Origin: Anthoceros angustus
Taxonomy: Eukaryota; Plantae; Anthocerotophyta
Assembly (NCBI GenBank): GCA_010909165.1
Contig: MU008168.1
Span: 806,001-870,000 of the forward strand
Reading direction: 5' to 3'
Length of the DNA: 64,000 nucleotides
A program made the translations under genes and the position numbers. Numbering within the stretch: position 1 is the first letter of the stretch; each line of letters begins with the position of its first letter. The notes under the pieces were generated by a model. The model was not told where the DNA came from and did no database searches. It saw only the letters and a list, made by a program, of their open reading frames with translations. Below, piece after piece: positions 1 to 12,539 of the stretch.

Positions 1-580
1 TGCGTACAAACAGAACTTCACCTGCTTACTCGCCACGTCCAGTAAATGTGCTAACAGTTTGTCTCCCCGCAGCTGGGTCACCTGCAACGATCACCCACAG
101 TGGAATTTACTTCACGATCCACATACAAGTCCCACATGAAAGAGGCACAACACGACGGGAAGGATGTTGCTTCAGAAACTTACAGACAAGGGAGACGGAG
201 CGAAGCCCCTGAAGCTGATAGCAATACCTGTTCTGCTATCCCCAAAATCAACACCAACGCTGTGCTGCATTACGGTCGCCCCTTGCTCTCTGACAATCCT
301 GGCGTTGGGTAGGAGCTTCTCTGCTGTGAGTTTCAAGTTGGCCCTCAACTCTGCCGTGTCCACTGGACTGCCCTTGGGTTCATCGCTGGAGTCTGAATTC
401 AACTTCTGACCGACACAGCACCACGTCCTGCCACAAGAAAAAAAGGTTACAGACAGACTCCAAACATCCCCAGCAAATGATGGTTCTCGAGCCCGACGCT
501 GACCTCTGAGACGGTGAGGCTGCTGGATAGCTCCTCGGGCGGAAATTGAAGCCAGGCCTTAAGTGCAGCGTAGCTGCCAT
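1..580 (-). CDS. YqgF: Plastid-targeted YqgF/RNase H-like putative Holliday junction resolvase (pre-16S rRNA nuclease family); 3' part runs off the window start
   Basis: Spliced exons 580-504, 427-184 and 81-22 with GT-AG introns give a transit-peptide-like N-terminus, then SVGVDFGDSRTGIAISFRGFAPSPLSVTQLRGDKLLAHLLDVA. This matches the YqgF strand-1 motif (GxDxGxxRxGxAxS) and plant homologues. Confidence 0.85.
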
Positions 581-786
581 TGCTGCCCACAACCTCCTAA
601 GATTGGATGATCATGGATCCTGCCTGATGCTCCGGCCAGTGCATGATGTTCATCTGTTACTGCTAGGACAGAACAGTCCTCAAGCGTCGTAAGTGTCCAA
701 GCGTGTCCTGGTTAAGTGTGGTCTGCTGTCGATTAAGGTTATGATGCAACTTGTCTGTCGGAGTGTTGCCGCCCTGCGAAAAGGGC
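581..786. promoter_or_regulatory. Short intergenic region / probable bidirectional promoter between divergent YqgF-like and kinase genes
   Basis: Only about 200 bp separate the two head-to-head ATGs (580 on -, 787 on +). Confidence 0.5.
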
Positions 787-2924
787 ATGGCATCGGTACC
801 TCGTCATCCTGCTTCGCAATTCTCGACAGTGGGAAGGAAAAGTAGAAGCAGCAGCAGCAACAAGCTGGTTGTGGGTTGCTATGCACCATGTCGGAGGAGC
901 TGTGACAAATTTTGTGGCTCGGCTGCGATTACTTGGGTTCGAGCTGTGAGCTGGCGATTCCGACATGCTCCGACGACGCTGGCAACGTTGAGGAACAGTG
1001 TGAGTGTGTAGTGTAACTACCGGTGTAGCAACTGGGTTCAGCTCTTCCAGCCATTGTGCCAACTTCGACGTGCTCCGTGTTCAGGTGGCACAGGAAGATC
1101 GGGGTCTTAAGAGTCCACCAGTTCTCCTGCAGCTCAGGTTTAACTCAACTCTTCTCTCTGGGTTGGCTCTCCTAAACCAGCTGTAGTTTGTCTGATTGCA
1201 ACACCTGAAGTCAAGATCTATGCCTGATGTTGTAGCACGATGGAGGAAGCCTATGATCAGCTTGCAGAGCGATTACTCTCAGCAGCAGAAAGGACACCTT
1301 CCAATTCCAAGTGAGATATTGCCATGAAGGCATGACTGTGGGTGCATCCAACCGGACATCCCCTTCATGAACAGCCCCAAGTTTTTTTCTGTTGGAAAGT
1401 AGGTGAGACAGAGCTTCCGGGTCAGAGGTCTGGACCATGTTGTTGACCGATCCTCTACAGATATGTGGTCGGGCTTGCAGGGCCACCAGGGGCTGGAAAA
1501 TCTACTGTGGCAAATGAGGTAGTCACCCGTTTAAATGCAATGTGGCGCCAAAGGAAACTCAACCAGGATGGGGCTATTGACGACCTTGCCGTTGCTCTTC
1601 CTATGGATGGGTTTCACCTGTACAGGCGGCAGCTGGACGCAATGAAGGTATGTGGAACTGCTTTTCTCTTGAGCACCATAACAATCCGCTGGCCACCTGG
1701 CTGCATACTCACTTTCCTTTTGCAGTTTTGGGTACGCAGTTTTTCTTAATTCCTCGATCTGTGCAGGATCCTGCTGCAGCACATGCTCGAAGAGGAGGTG
1801 AGTTTCGTGGATCTCCTCTTTCTTTCCTGCATCCTTAAGCTTTGTTTGGTTGTGCAGCTAACTGACTCATTCGACTACTTTCCAGCTCCTTGGACTTTCG
1901 ACCCAGCAAACCTATTGCAGGGCCTCGTCGATCTTCGCATTCAGGTTTGTAAACTAGTTTCGGATACGATATGCAAGTGCTACCTCCATTTAACCTATTC
2001 CACATATATGGCTCGGCCAACATTCACCGGGTGGATGGGCTGTTCCATTGCCAGGGGTGGGCCTCTTTTCCATCTTTTGATCATGGTGTTGGAGACCCTG
2101 TAGAGGATGACATTGTCATCACCTATCGGTAAGCACATCAGTCACTGGGTCTGGTGGATTTCGATTGCACATAGGAGACCACTAAATAGGATGCCGTGGT
2201 AAAATCTTCACGAGATCCATGGAGTGCTGGCTTAGCTTAGCGATAAGCCAGGTTTTGGGGTGCTTCCATCTACAGGCAAAAAGTTGTGCTTGTGGAGGGT
2301 AATTACCTGCTCTTGGCTAATGGCTACTGGAAGGAGCTGGCGGACATGTTTGACGAAACCTGGTGCGTCAAACCAAGACCCGTAGTTTGTCACTGGGTTA
2401 AGCTTTTTCTTGAACAACTTTTGATAGAGCGTTGAAGGCTAAATTGCTTATGGATACAGCCTGGGGCCTTAGCAATGGACGGCAAACAGGATTGAGTGTT
2501 AAACTGACAGTGAACTGCGGCCCTTTTCCTTGCAGGTTCATTCAGGTGGACATGGATGAGGCCATGAGGAGAGTAGAAAAAAGGCATATTGCAACCGGTG
2601 AGTTTTTGCTCGATTGTTCACAAGTGTTCTGCCAACGTCACTAGCGGATTTGTATTGATAAGATGTAAACCAATTCCTGCAGGATCAACACCAGACCGCG
2701 CTTCATGGCGGGTAAGCAATGTGCTCCTCTTCAAACATGTTGAATGATACGAGCATCACAGAATCCCCCTCAAAGCAATGTTGTTAACAGAAAGCTGCTG
2801 AATTGCATCTCTTCTTCTTGCGCAGGTTGTGAACAATGACAGGCCAAATGCCGAGCTGATTGCGTGTTCTGGACAACACGCCAACGTTGTTATTCCCTCG
2901 ACTCCATTAGCCAAACCTCTCTGA
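787..2924 (+). CDS. Uridine kinase / phosphoribulokinase-like P-loop kinase (multi-exon)
   Basis: Exons encode MEEAYDQLAERLL (from 1236), P-loop VGLAGPPGAGKST, LPMDGFHL, RRGAPWTFD, PSFDHGVGDPVEDDI, VLVEGNYLLL and NNDRPNAELI. Stop TGA at 2922-2924. The first exon(s) and start are less certain. Confidence 0.85.
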
Positions 2925-3073
2925 TTGCTCTCAACAATGTTGTACCAGAACTCCAGTGTAAATATATGTTAATTAATAGACTCTGTACAGCAAACGATTG
3001 TGTAGCTCCAAATCAGTGGAATGTAACTGGCTGAATTTGATAAACTGGAATTCCTTCTGGAGGACGGATGAAC

Positions 3074-3197
3074 GCCACGTGTGACGTCGCGGTGAAGCTG
3101 TCAGTGCTGCCAATCAAACCCTGGTTAGCAGCATCCAAGAACAATGAACCAACACAGGGTCACCACGTGCCACGTAGTCGGTTGATCGACGCGTGTC
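3074..3197 (+). promoter_or_regulatory. ABA-responsive cluster (G-box/ABRE x3 plus CE3-like coupling element) upstream of OEP16
   Basis: GCCACGTGT 3074-3082, TGACGTC 3082-3088, CCACGTG 3163-3169, GCCACGT 3169-3175, ACGCGTGTC (CE3 core) 3189-3197. Confidence 0.6.
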
Positions 3198-3597
3198 TTA
3201 TCATGAGTTTCGTCGGACCGCTCCGGCTGCGCCAAGCCAGCAGCTCTGCCAGTTTGTCCCTGACCAAGCAGGTGAGCTAACCGCAGGTCCGTCCATGCAT
3301 AAATTTCCTGCTTGGCTTGCGGAGTGAACGGAGCTTTGATAAGGACATGCACTCGGACTGGAAGGATTCGCCCGTCACAGCAACCTAACCTCGGAGCTGG
3401 CGCACTCAAGGGTCGGGTAACGCTGTAAGAATTGGTTTCCGGTGTCTTGCTGTCTTCAATGCAATTGAAGCCTGCCTCCATGCGAAATCTGAGAGTCTGT
3501 TCTTGTTCGTGCAAGTGTTCCTGAAGGCAGATTTTGTGAAACGGCTCCATCTTCCTCCACAAATTCTGCTTGAGGAACGAACAGCAACCTTCACAAA

Positions 3598-4169
3598 ATG
3601 CCGCGCACCAGGGTGTCCGGGAGTGTTCACTCTCCCACCGTGGATGTCATTGTCGACATGGGACACCCCTTCCTCAACCGGACGGTTGACGGATTCCTCA
3701 AGATTGGAAGCGTCGGTGCGTCGCACGCTGCTGCGGAAGGAGCATTCGACATGCTGAAGAAGGAGAGCGTCACCAAAGCCGACTTGGAGCGGACACTGAA
3801 GAAAATGGGACAGGAAGGCTTACAGTGGGGCGTTGTGGCGGGAATCTACACCGGCATGGAGTACGGCATGGAGCAGGTGAGAGCTCACTGACAGCCATTG
3901 GAACACGTACCTTCGTGCTCTTCCTTCCTTCCGCCGTGCTTGCCGCGGATCTGAGCTCCAACATGCTTCCGAATCCACGTCTGAATCACTCCACCGCGTG
4001 GCAGGTCCGGGGAAGACAAGACTGGAAGAACGCGTGCCTTGGCGGAGCTTTGACGGGAGCGCTTCTTTCATTTGGTGACAGCAGATACTCTAGGGAGAAG
4101 ATGTTCAAGTCGGCCATCACCGGGGCTGCCATCGCCACTGCGTCCGAGTTCATCAGATATCTCACCTGA
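3598..4169 (+). CDS. OEP16: Chloroplast outer envelope pore protein OEP16 (Tim17/22/23 PRAT family)
   Basis: Exons 3598-3876 and 4005-4169 (intron GTGAGA..CAG). Encodes DMGHPFLNRTVDGFLKIG...QWGVVAGIYTGMEYGMEQVRGRQDWKNACLGGALTGA, the OEP16 signature. A probable 5'UTR intron lies at about 3272-3529. Confidence 0.92.
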
Positions 4170-5437
4170 TCTGGCTATGGCTGTCAGTCTTTCCTCGTTG
4201 GACAAGCTCGTTTCGCGCCTACGGCTACGTCAATCTCACCTTGTTGGACATGCTAGGATCCTTAGCTCTCGTATTGAACTTCAGCTTTTCCTCGCAGGTT
4301 GTCGCTGCGAGTACTGTACCATGTGTTCTGTGAATTCTTTGCCGAGAAAGAGTACCTCTGTACCTCCAGGCTCCTTCCATCTCACTGGAAATGTATGCAA
4401 CCCGCACCAGCAATGGCATGTGGCTTCGTCTCACCTATCCTGTCTTCCCGTGGAGATGAAATTTGTTGTTTCAGCTTTATTTGTGTCCTTGCTGCCTCCG
4501 TCCTCTGGACGACGGGACATTTGATTTGTTGTTTCAGTTTCAGTCATTCGCTTGCTGCCTGGCACCCGCATGAAACGACAAGGGCTAGCTACCAACCGCG
4601 CAACAGCTCTGGGACGGGGTACGCCCACCCTGATGCATTGACCCGACTGAAGCTGTGTGGAAGTGCACTATGTCATGACTCCGTCTGTGTGTTTTGGGTT
4701 AATAAAATTGTGCGCAGTTTTTGGTGGCATGAAAAGACTCGCTTGTGAACAAAACTAGGCGCCTTGTGTCCTTTGTGACGTCGAAATTTGTAGAGCACCT
4801 AAATACATATCTACCTACACACAGACGCAAGAAGGACATAGACAGAGACAGAGACAGGCAAGTGTGGCGCTACGGTTTCCCGTGCGGAGTGCGATCTGAA
4901 GCGGACCGACCGTTACTTATATGACATCCCGAATTTCGCATCGCGTCGCGCTGCCAGCGGACTGGCCGGTGCCTTGTCGTGGAAGGGATTGCGGGATCGG
5001 CCCTTCGCACACCGGGCTGGCGGCGTGGATTCATGCCGGCCTCTGTTTCCATTGGCTGGATCCGAGGTTGCCTGGTGGAGGCTCACACTCGTGCGCTGGT
5101 GCTCGATCGGGGAACGCGTAATTTGGGAGAACAGTCCTAGGTTGCGGTGAGTGTCGGCAATTGCGTGTGCTGTTGCAATCTGCTATGCTTCATGGAAGGG
5201 AGCTGGAGGAATGAGCATATCAGTACACGGCTTGGACTGAAATAGGTGGTTTTGTGGTAAGGAGAGGAGAGGAGAGGGGAAGAGCGGATTCCGGTTGTGT
5301 GTTTGCCACTTATGGAGCTTAAGAATTGGATGGGGAGGGAGTGTGGAGTTGTGTTGCGGCACCCGCTGACAGGGGCTTGATGCTGGTGCAGAGGGGTTTG
5401 AGCTGAGGGATCGCGGAGGACGTCGGGCAGGGGTAGT

Positions 5438-8400
5438 ATGGGGGACGACGACCAGGACGGGGATGGCCCCGTGTATAAGACGAAGTTGGTCCAATTTCTT
5501 GGTCGGTCTGTGCCCATCATCCTGCAGAGCGACAACGGGCCATGCCCCCTCCTTTCCATATGTAAAACCCTCGCCATCCCGCCTGTCCGATTTAGGGTTA
5601 GGAGGCTTGTTGTGATTCTCTGACGTTGCGTGCGATTGGTGCCTATCTGGCGGATGAACTGAGATGAGTTCGGCTCTGTAGGGAAGAGAATGGAATGCAT
5701 GTGGAAAAATTTTGTCCATGCGCCTCATGTTCCAGGGGTAAAGGAGCCTGAGCCTGTGCATTCACTAGACTGGGGATGCGAGGGCATGTTTCTATGAGGT
5801 CTTCTTGTGTGCAGGAGGTGGTGAGTCTGCATTGCTGATTGGCCACACTTGTGTGAGTGTGGCGCATGTTTAACTTATACTTGTAGTTAAAGAACCTAAT
5901 CTGCTGGCATAGCAAAAGTGCAAGGGCCTTAGCAGGGTGAATGCATGGGCTCTAATTCTGCAACGTAGTTTTTTGTTGTGTGTATTCATGTGGTGTGGTG
6001 TCATGCAGGCAATGTCCTACTACTCCGAAACAATGTCTGTATCAATACAGAAATGAATGAGATCTCAACGCGGGACTTACTCTCGCTAGTTGGAGAAAGA
6101 TTGCTGGATGCCAACTATAATCTTGAGGTTTTTTTTCAAATACTCTTCTGTTCAACATCTTTCCTGGGGTAGCAGGTAGCTATCATAATCGCATCACTCA
6201 GGTTCCTTTCTGCACACGGAAATGCAGGGCAAGGATGAAGAATATGTCCGCAATCAACAGCAAAACATTTCAGATTCAATTAATCTGCTTCCTCGTCTTG
6301 CAACAGGAATTGATGTCAATGTCCGGTTCAGAACGTGAGTGTTTTGTACAATCCTCAATTTGGACCATATTTATGTAGGCTTATTATCACTGTAACTGGT
6401 GCAGTATGTTCGTTGCATGGCTTTGCTTACAGAGATGATGTTTAGCCTTGTCGACATCTCCTTTATTTGATCTGCCTTTCCATGATCCACTGAGCTTGAA
6501 TACTGCTACTTAAACTTGTGCTGTGGCTCACTTCATATCTGATTTGCAGTACTCAAGACTTTGAATTCACACCAGAGTGTGCCATCTTTGATCTCCTGGA
6601 CATTGGACTTTATCATGGTTGGATTTGTGAGGTGTGTATTTTGGGTCCCTGTAATACTCCAAATTCATTGCAATGACTTGTAGCTCACTTCTCTGCTGGC
6701 AACTCAATGATTTGTAGCTTACCCAACGCCAATATTTGTGACCAACTCCTCCCACCTGTGGTTATGTGCAGGATGATAACACAAAGGGAGTCATTGGTGC
6801 AGACTCCTATAATACTCTTGCTGATAGACTGGCTGCTCTCCAGGCAAGTAGGCCAGAGACCAGGACACTTGAAAGGGAATCGAGTGTTGATTTCAATGCT
6901 GCGATTACCGCCACTTTCACAGTTCCTTCTCCGTCCTTGTCTAGCGTGGTGCGATCTCTCAGTGGTTCACTTAACGAGAATTTGCTAGAGGAAGCATCAG
7001 ACTCCAGTAGCAGTGCTGGGAGGCGGAGAAAAGGGGATGAGCTGGAAGCGGCTCAGTTACTGGAAGCATTGGAGCTCTCCAAGTCAGGGGGAGGGGCCCT
7101 GTCCGCTGCAATTTTTAATACTGGAGGGTCTGGGGACTATTCTACAGAGGAGTTGTTGTCCGAGGGCAGTCCACAGAGAGAAGAAACTGTCCCATCTGCT
7201 GAGGTGCCAGAGAGGTCTACCCTTCATCAAGTCGAGGAAGGTCAGTCTGATGTGATGTCTCTGAATTCAGGCAGTGGCATATGTGCTGGTCCTGTTGGGC
7301 TGTCACACCATAGTCTTACACCAAGTGACGGTACGCAAACAATGGTTGACGTAGAGACTTTCGCTGGTGTCAATCTAGAGGGGCGGACAGTAGGAACACA
7401 CGTTAACGATAATTGTGATGGAAGAGCAACGACGTGTGCTCAAAGCAGTGCTGAGCTTGTTCATGAAGACTTCAAGCTTCTTTCTGTGGAAGACAGACGG
7501 AAGGACATAGTTGATATGAAGGACTGGATTGTTTTGCCAAAAGCATTTGGTGATTCTAATGCAGCTGTACATCCTTCAGGGGTGGATGGTGGAGCAGTCG
7601 CGGGAGTGGATGGACTACAGGGTCCCACAAATGATGTACCTGGAGAAGGGGTGGAGGATGTTACTGCAGTGGGTGAGGCACCAGCACTTGAACAGGAAGA
7701 AGCTATTGTGGGTGAGGCTGACTCCAGCGAGACGTCGAGCAAGGATACCAAGCATAGGCCTGAGGACGCTGCAATTATCCTTTCTCACCTGAAGGAAAAT
7801 GAAAGGTTGGTAAGCCAGGGGGGTTGCGAACCCAACGATCCAAGCAGTTATGCTGCACAGTTTAATGAGCAGGAAGCTCTGTATGAGGGGGAGGTTGTCC
7901 AAGCTGGAATTGGTTGCTCTCAAGATGACACTAAAGAACCCTTATATGAAGGAGAAGCTGCTCTTGCTGAGCAGGCAAGTCTGAGCTCGGTGCAAGAAAG
8001 TAAACCTACTCCTAGTGAAGCTGTCGTGAACTCAGAGGATGCTGACTCGGCTGCTGCCAGAACTGAAGGTAAGATGCCTGGAAGCTTACATCATGCATCT
8101 ACTGCGTGTCTTCGAGCAGGAACACGATTGTGGATGTGGTGTGCTTGCAATTGATCAGGTCCCATCCATCTCTTACAAGCTCATCATGAAAGTATGCATG
8201 GCATGGTGGCTGGATCATGACCCTTCTGTTTCCTGGTACAGAGCAATTGATTGAGGGCTTCCTAATCAACAGTAATCAACTCACCTGGACTGGGTACTCT
8301 ATCTTCAAATTTATTCTGGTACTCTGGTATTCTGCATCAAACTACAGATGCTGGAGTTGCAATCCATTGGTCTTATGCCATGTCGTGCTTGCTCAGGCTC

Positions 8401-9477
8401 TTCAACCTTCAGGAGGAAGTCAAGGAGCGGGAGCTGTGCGTGTTCTTTCGAAATAATCACTTCAGTACCATGTTCAAGGTACGTTTGTGGTTGTTACCTT
8501 TGAACACTGACCACCTGTTGGTAATTTTGTTGGTGTTGAGAATGTCCCTGATACGGGAGCTTTATCTTGTGCAGTACAACAATGACCTGTATTTGTTGGC
8601 CACCGACCAAGGCTACCTTAACCAAACTGATCTTGTTTGGGAGAAGCTAGATCGGGTATTATTGGACTTCAGCTCAACCTGCATGAAGTGTCCGTTTCTG
8701 CAATTTTTGTGTTGAGCTGTTGAGTTTTGTGTTGTAAAGGCCTTGATCTGAAAATGTTTGTTGTGGCTTGTAGGTGGATGGGAACCACTCGTTTTTCACT
8801 GGAAACTTCACTCCCTTCCAAGCTGAAAGCAACGTGGGTACATGGAATGAGCAAGATGCACTGGCTCGCACAGAGGTAGTGTCTCAGTATGACACATGAT
8901 TTTAGACTTTATCTGATGTCTTGATGATGCCACGTTCATTCCTGAGATGAGCTTTGTCCTGCTTTACAGAATTTCATCTCAACGCAGCGTGAAGCTGTTG
9001 CATCCGGTGCTGATTACAAGTAAGCCCGCTCCTGCTTGTTACTCGGAAGCACCTTGTAAGTGGAGTTGGCCAGCGTAGACTAACCCAGCTCTTATGTATC
9101 AGCACGGATCTGCAGCTAGCTCTAGCCCTTCAACAACAGGAATTTGACGAGCAGCAGCAGCAGGAGCTGCCAGCAGCTCAGGAAGCTGCACAGCAACAAG
9201 TGCGACAAAGGATATCTGAGCCTCTACCTGCACCGCAACCAACGAGGGCTTCTGCTATGAGTGCGGTGAATCGGCTCATCACAGTAAGTTCACTTTTTGG
9301 AATTGCACCTGCCCAAAAGCTTCAGCTTGCGATGATAAGCTTTAGCGAATTGTAGACACGCTATAGGCTGGCAGGCTAAATGTTAAACGGGTTGTCGTGT
9401 GCTGTTTACAGGGTCCAAGAACCAGCACGGCCTCCCCCAAACCCGATGCTAAAAAGGAAAAGTGTGTAATAATGTAA
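5438..9477 (+). CDS. MINDY: MINDY-1/2 (FAM63/DUF544) K48 deubiquitinase with MIU and C-terminal CaaX
   Basis: 12 exons (5438-5561, 6009-6127, 6228-6334, 6550-6631, 6772-8068, 8242-8293, 8397-8478, 8575-8655, 8774-8875, 8970-9019, 9103-9283, 9412-9477). Catalytic QSDNGPCPLL and FFRNNHFST, LATGIDVN, LYHGW, LATDQGY, MIU-like DLQLALALQQQEF; ends KCVIM*. Confidence 0.93.
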
Positions 9478-10369
9478 CCCTTTCTTCTGAATCGCATCCT
9501 CCTAGCCTATTCTTTACACATTCAATAAGGACATCGAAGGACTTTATCGACACGCGTCTTGGGGCATCCTGAATTGCATGGTTGATTAGATTGTGTACAA
9601 ACAGATGCTCATTAGAGCTTAGCTATATGAACTTGTAAATAGCCTGCATGACTGCTCAGCTCAGTGATTAGGTACATCTGTAGTGTGCGATTCGTGAAAG
9701 TGGACTCTGGCCACCTATTCACTACCGTAGAGGTGGGTTCTACATACAACTTTTGGAGCCTGCTCTGAGATCTGTTGATGGTTCCGTTGTGTAGAAGCAT
9801 CCCATTTCTTGTTTCTGACTGCTCGTGCTTATTGTGATTAACAGAAAGGGCAATGGGCGACGAAAATCTCCCTGACCACCTGTAGCAGGATGTCTGAGCA
9901 GGAACATCGTTACTCACCTCGGATCCGGATGTGGGCTTATTTCCTGTAGGTAGAGGAGTCCTGGCCAGGGCTCGCCTGGGCACTTGACACGCCAAGGGCG
10001 CTGTTTGGACACTCATCATGAGGCTCGGGCAGTGGCAAGTTGGTGATGGGCGGTACGGAGTACACATATGTACTATACGCAAACGTGCTCTGTCAGGAAT
10101 AATGTAAAATTTTGTAGGCAACCAACCTGATGGAAGGAAACAGCAGCTCCAACAAATGAGGCTTCACAGGGCAGCGGAGATAAACATTCCGGCCATGTTC
10201 AATTTCCTTCAACAGCTCTCCCTATGCACGTACAACGTTCCCGTGCGGAGGCAAACAGTCTCGATTACATACCTAGTCCATAGAGACAGATTGCCATGCC
10301 CTCATCGCAGAGCAGGCCGATATGTTTCATCTACACAACGTTTGCAATACATAGTGGCTTGAGAAGTGG

Positions 10370-10780
10370 GATTGTCGTGAGGGGGAAGAATAATGTAGCT
10401 GTCGGGACGATGCCCCATCACCTGGTGCACCAGAGACTCGTCCAAACTGAACGATTCCGCCACAGTTTCCTTGGGAATGCCTTTGTACTGGGAAAGCTGC
10501 CTGCCACGAAGTGCCGTCGGCTTGCAAAATTCACAGGCTTCCAGGTCAGAACAAGTCTCGCAAAACAAGACGCGAATCGAAATTGAGGAGGCAGGTGGTT
10601 ACGCGTCGTTGTCAGCCACGGCGAAGTATTCGGAGCTCCTCTCTCTCAGCCCGGCCACCATGACGAATCCGAACTGCTTGCGCATGAGAATCACTTGGCC
10701 TGCGTACACCTGCGTGTTCAGGCAGACCCGGCGGTCGACGGGGCGTACCAGCTGCCAGTCGGTCAGCCACAGGCTGGCTG
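10370..10780 (-). pseudogene. 11S globulin/legumin-like C-terminal cupin fragment (degenerate)
   Basis: QLVRPVDRRVCLNTQVYAGQVILMRKQFGFVMVAG..SEYFAVADND / TALRGRQLSQYKGIPKETVAESFSLDESLVHQVMGHRPDSYIILPP resembles the second cupin of 11S proteins. A decayed intron lies at about 10521-10602 and there is no N-terminal half. Confidence 0.5.
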
Positions 10781-10802
10781 GCCGCAATCAGAGCCGAATT
10801 GA

Positions 10803-11040
10803 AGCCTTGGTCCGTGGCCAACAAACACAGGTCTGTGCTCATTTGTTGTACTGCTTGACAAGACAAACCACCAACTGGTGCACGGTGTTCGGACTGTGAA
10901 GACCAATATTGCTTTATAAATCTGAAGATGAGTCCCCAGTCTGGGTGCCGTGATTTTTGTTGATCAGAAGGTCCTCAATCAATTGCGCTGCACCGGGAAA
11001 CAGTTGAAGGTCATGACCTATAGCCAGGCTGGCATGCCAT
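10803..11040 (-). pseudogene. Inverted, diverged duplicate of MINDY exon 6 / exon 8 region
   Basis: The reverse complement reads ...gcaattgattgaggaccttctgatcaac...gactgggg (cf. 8243-8294) and gcagtacaac...tgtttgttggccacggaccaaggct (cf. 8571-8614). Confidence 0.75.
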
Positions 11041-11044
11041 GCTC

Positions 11045-12190
11045 AGTTTGAAGATGAGCTTGCAAGACAAAAGGACAAGCCTCCACCTGCAGCACAACCA
11101 ACGACCTGACCTTCTGCACTGGGTGCGGCGAATCGGCTTATCACAGTAAGTATGCATCGTGGAAATTGGAACTGCACCTGCTCTAAGGTCTCAGCTTGAC
11201 ACGATGAGCTTTAGCGAATCGTATCGTGGACACGCTAGGTATGTGCATAGGTTGGCAAGATAATCAGATTGATCTCGTTTGGGAGAAATTTTCAGCTTGC
11301 AAGCAATGATTTTTAGCTGTAGCGATTTGTGGACATGCTATAGGCTGCAGGTTAAATCTAGAAAAGAGTACACGTTGTTATTAACGAGATGGGAAATCCC
11401 ATCTACCCTTGAAGTCCAAGCAGGAACAACCCAAAAAGGGTTAATGGTAAAAGGGGAAGTCCTAATCCCCTCGAATGCCTTTCCTACTGTACCAATGATA
11501 TCGTGATCAGGGATGATGAAGGGCCTAGCTACCACCGGTGCTGAAGAAGCCGCTAGTCTTGCGCACGTAGCCATCCTATAAACAGCATTAGCCAGCGCTT
11601 TCTGCAGAGCTACGGAAACCCGCTGGTGAAAGAAAGCCACCACAGAGGAAAGGGGGAAGCCCCTCCAATTCCTGTGGCTGTGATAGGCTTTTGCACACTC
11701 CTTAATTAACTTAGGGAAGTCCTTGCCCATAGCCCCATGAGTCTCGAGGGCGAGGGGGATGAAAACATGGTTGTCTTGTATGGGAGATCACTTGTCAGTC
11801 TTGTGTATAAATCTTAGACGAGTTATCTTCTTCTCCTTTCGGGGTTCTGAGGTTGCCTTGTCGGCAGTCTATTGGTCTCGGTTTTCTTCTGCCTTATGCC
11901 CGGCATGTACAACCTCATGACCTAGCAGTCTGGTCAGTCTTCGGGCATCCCTTAGATTTCTATCTTGTGCCGTTAGTTTGGTTAGATACCTAGCCAGGGA
12001 GGTCCGATATTCCTCTTCCCTTACTTCAGGGTTTATGTCTATCACAAGACTCGGGTAAATACAATTCTTTTTAGATATAAAGCCTCAAAAAGTTGTCTTG
12101 TGTTGTTCACAGGGTCCAAAGCACCAGCAAACCAAATCCCAAACCCGATGTGAAAATGGAAAAGTATGTAATAATGTAACCGTTTTCTGA
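11045..12190 (+). pseudogene. Direct, diverged duplicate of MINDY last two exons and intron, interrupted by a LINE remnant
   Basis: 11085-11240 matches 9225-9365 including the acagtaagt donor. 12090-12190 matches 9390-9490 and ends KYVIM* instead of KCVIM*. Confidence 0.8.
11358..12088 (-). mobile_element. CRE/R2-group (restriction-like endonuclease) non-LTR retrotransposon, internally deleted remnant
   Basis: HVFIPLALETHGAMGK...FHQRVSVALQKALA is the C-terminal RLE region typical of early-branching LINEs. It is inserted into the duplicated MINDY intron. Confidence 0.65.
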
Positions 12191-12539
12191 AGTAATGTTC
12201 ACATTGGATTCGCACTCCGTCCGTCGGCAAGCTTGTGTATAGCCGACGATGGACCGAGGGTGTTCGGGCTTTCGTCAAGATTTTTGAATTAAGAGCATTT
12301 AGGCCTGATAAATAAAGATTGAGAAGAGGTTTACAACGCAGTGACACATACACAAGTAAACCTTCTCTCAAGGACATGTACAAATTATTACGAAAATGGG
12401 TAATGTTCAAAATTCACCCTTTCATTGTTTCGTGATCAGTTAGTAGATGTGCTCATTGCTCCCAATGGCTAGCTGTAGTAGCACAGCTGAGGAGAGCTCA
12501 ACGGAGCATTCAAGCAATCTGCAAGGAATGCACTAAACA

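Noticed and set aside
1-580. Bacterial yqgF as contamination or recent HGT
   Set aside because: It has GT-AG introns and a transit-peptide-like leader, and matches the ordinary plant nuclear family.
9840-10030. Small minus-strand gene with a transit-peptide-like exon (MMSVQTAPLAC..)
   Set aside because: The implied intron is only about 38 nt and no recognisable downstream coding exon follows.
12205-12265. Terminal inverted repeat of Sola-like copy 1 (weak hairpin, similar motif near 19600)
   Set aside because: Too degenerate; no matching right end or TSD could be identified.
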